Assembly (NCBI RefSeq): GCF_964355755.1
Contig: NC_092672.1
Coordinates: 9,300,001 to 9,364,000, forward strand
Source: Antedon mediterranea
Lineage: Eukaryota > Animalia > Echinodermata
DNA: 64,000 nucleotides
Reading direction: 5' to 3'
Shown: piece by piece, positions 63,459 to 64,000 of the stretch
Position numbering within the stretch: position 1 is the first letter of the stretch
How the letters are laid out: every line of letters begins with the position of its first letter
Program-made: the position numbers and the translations under genes
Notes under the pieces: generated by a model
What the model was told of the DNA's origin: nothing
Database searches by the model: none
The model's input: only the letters and a program-made list of their open reading frames with translations

Positions 63459-64000
63459 CTAAAAAAAAAACAAATGTTATGCAGCTATCAGACTTCTTAA
63501 CTTGCTATATAAAAATATGTTTGCTTTATTTGGCAATATACTAATTTTATAGTATTCAGGATGCTTGATAAATACCAAAGATGTCTTTAAATGGGGGTTC
63601 TCCTCTAATGTACTTATTTTCAAAGAGATCCAAAAATATACCAAGTATATACAGTATATTACTTTCTGATACTTTGCTGGTAAGCCAGCGACCTAAATAT
63701 AACATATAGTAACTTCACAATCCTAAGCTAAATTCAATGGATTTAATTGTATTTAAGTCTTTCTGCTTTAGATAATGTAACATTTTAACAAATTCCTAAA
63801 ATTCTAATGAACTGTAAAGCCACAAAAGACAGAATTACAAACAAAATATAGGCCTACTTTTGTGTATTCTACACAACATGCTCAATCAACAAAAGAAGTT
63901 GACAGTCTGACACTGTATTGTGAGTTTTATTGTCTAGTTTAACCACAAGTTACTATACAAGAATGAACTAAACCATGCATAAATCTAATACTTCAGGACC

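Overview
AT-rich, intron-rich animal (invertebrate, probably marine) genomic DNA. There are four host genes, all on the minus strand, rebuilt by hand from GT-AG exons: the 5' half of a PLP-dependent aromatic amino-acid decarboxylase closest to tyrosine decarboxylase (422-3510, running off the window start); a complete PDE6D (18838-26041) with a U12-type first coding intron; a complete NDUFB5 (29536-35373); and the 3' part of a two-PH-domain, coiled-coil AFAP1-family gene (56841-63458). The dominant feature is an ~18 kb Mutator-like (MULE) DNA transposon at 35484-53524. It has tandem-repeat-rich foldback-type TIRs and an 8-bp TSD (GTATGTAC), and sits ~110 bp upstream of the NDUFB5 start codon. 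Its separate-looking ORFs can be spliced in frame into one 10-exon CDS of 1858 codons: a PHD finger, a vertnin-like OTU cysteine protease, eight tandemly amplified phase-1 Ser/Thr/Asp-rich exons, and a MULE DDE transposase. The rest is MITEs, Helitron/Helentron-like non-autonomous elements, tRNA-, 5S- and Deu-domain SINE relics and minisatellites, including a perfectly homogeneous 15-bp array. All calls are from reading the sequence; no database search was run.
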